Positions 62,961 through 64,000 of a stretch of 64,000 bases of DNA are shown one piece after another; the first letter of the stretch is position 1, and every line of letters starts with the position of its first letter. The notes under the pieces are model-generated. The model was given only the letters and a program-made list of their open reading frames with translations. It made no database searches and was not told where the DNA came from. This DNA is from the human T2T-CHM13v2.0 reference genome, Homo sapiens, in assembly GCF_009914755.1 (NCBI RefSeq), contig NC_060938.1; one strand, written 5' to 3'. A program made the position numbers and the translations under genes.

Positions 62961-64000
62961 GTTGTTATTTGTTTTTTAAGACAAATGAAAATTTATAACA
63001 ATTAATTCTTTATAAAGTTCCTAGATAACATACAACCTTAATCCAATTTAGAGCTCTAAGGAGGAAGGCCATTAAGAAATGATGACTAAGGCTAAATGGA
63101 AGAAAGTATTGTTACCTAGAAAACTTTGGACCCTCCATTAGACCAGACCTACGATAAAAAGGGAATTTACAGGCACCCTAACTACATATCAAAAGCAAAC
63201 CTTTTCTAAATGATAACTGGGGTAAAGGGAAATAGCCTGAGGGACTACTTCAAGAACAGGTGAAAATGCAAAGCCGTATCAGATGGTCTTTTAGGAGGAT
63301 ATCAGTATGCCTTGTAAACAAATTGTTTGTAAGCGATGGATTAAAATCTCTTTGGTAATAATTGATCAAATGCAGTAAGTTTACATCAATAAAACAGAGC
63401 AATAGTAATTGTGTTATTATCTGTCACTGGTTCAATTTGATGTTTAAAATGTACTGTTAGGAATTGCTTAAATATCTGTCTGAAGTATCAGAATTGTACT
63501 GTTACAGCATATGAAACATGTAAATATCATCTGATCCTGCTCTAACCAGACCCTTACACCAAACCATCACCGAGTGACAAGGTTTTCCGGAACACCCTAA
63601 AACTTTTATCAAAGGGGGCTGATCATAACAGGTAATTAATTCAAACTACCCAAGGGTGCCACTATCAGTTGGTGCAGACCCTTCGTCCTCTTGGGCCCAG
63701 GGAACCTCGAAGCACCTGCACTGCTACAGACACACACACCACCACAGGAGCTGCTATTGGCCTTAGCTTTCCTGTCCCTCCACCCCAACCTGCCCAGCTA
63801 CCATGACTTACAAGTGGTGCCCATAAAGTGGAACAGATTGCAAATGGACTACCATTTATATTGCATTTCTTTTTCTAGATGAACATGATTTTGAGGTAAT
63901 CAGTGGTTAATACCAACATCCTGGTGAAATACAGACACAAAACCTCCCACTATAACTTAAGCTAGACCCAACCCATATATACCAGTAATTCAATCAGCTA

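Noticed and set aside
63590-63880. GC-richer segment with a 63-aa ORF (similar segment at 22570-22880)
   Set aside because: Probably ancient LTR remnants, but I cannot assign a family or function from sequence alone.

Overview
Human non-coding genomic DNA, AT-rich and dominated by repeats; it is intergenic or deep intronic. A near-consensus AluYb8/Yb9, a human-specific subfamily, fixes the species. I find no supportable host protein-coding exon, RNA gene or CRISPR array: nearly all listed ORFs come from Alu, L1, L2 or LTR sequence or from low-complexity tracts. Main contents: 17 Alu copies or fragments (J, S, Yb); a full-length but inactivated L1PA5-like element (41196-47336, +, 16-bp TSD) inserted into an ancient MLT1 LTR; a long antisense L1MA-type element (~48925-55970) hosting a MER39-like solo LTR, an AluJ and a short L1PA3-like insert; a complete two-LTR MLT1A0 MaLR provirus with a 5-bp TSD (35911-38550); a MER6A DNA transposon; and many L2, L3, MIR and L1M relics. 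Best leads: a 16-nt L1 3' transduction apparently polyadenylated from an AATAAA inside the parent's own (TAAA)n tail (51897-51925); a duplication plus a 38-bp near-perfect palindrome that looks like a template-switch scar (23628-23747); a possibly polymorphic AluYb9; and a hairpin/microhomology deletion in one MLT1A0 LTR. I do not see evidence for a new multi-gene biological system. Subfamily names come from remembered consensus diagnostics and need RepeatMasker/Dfam confirmation.
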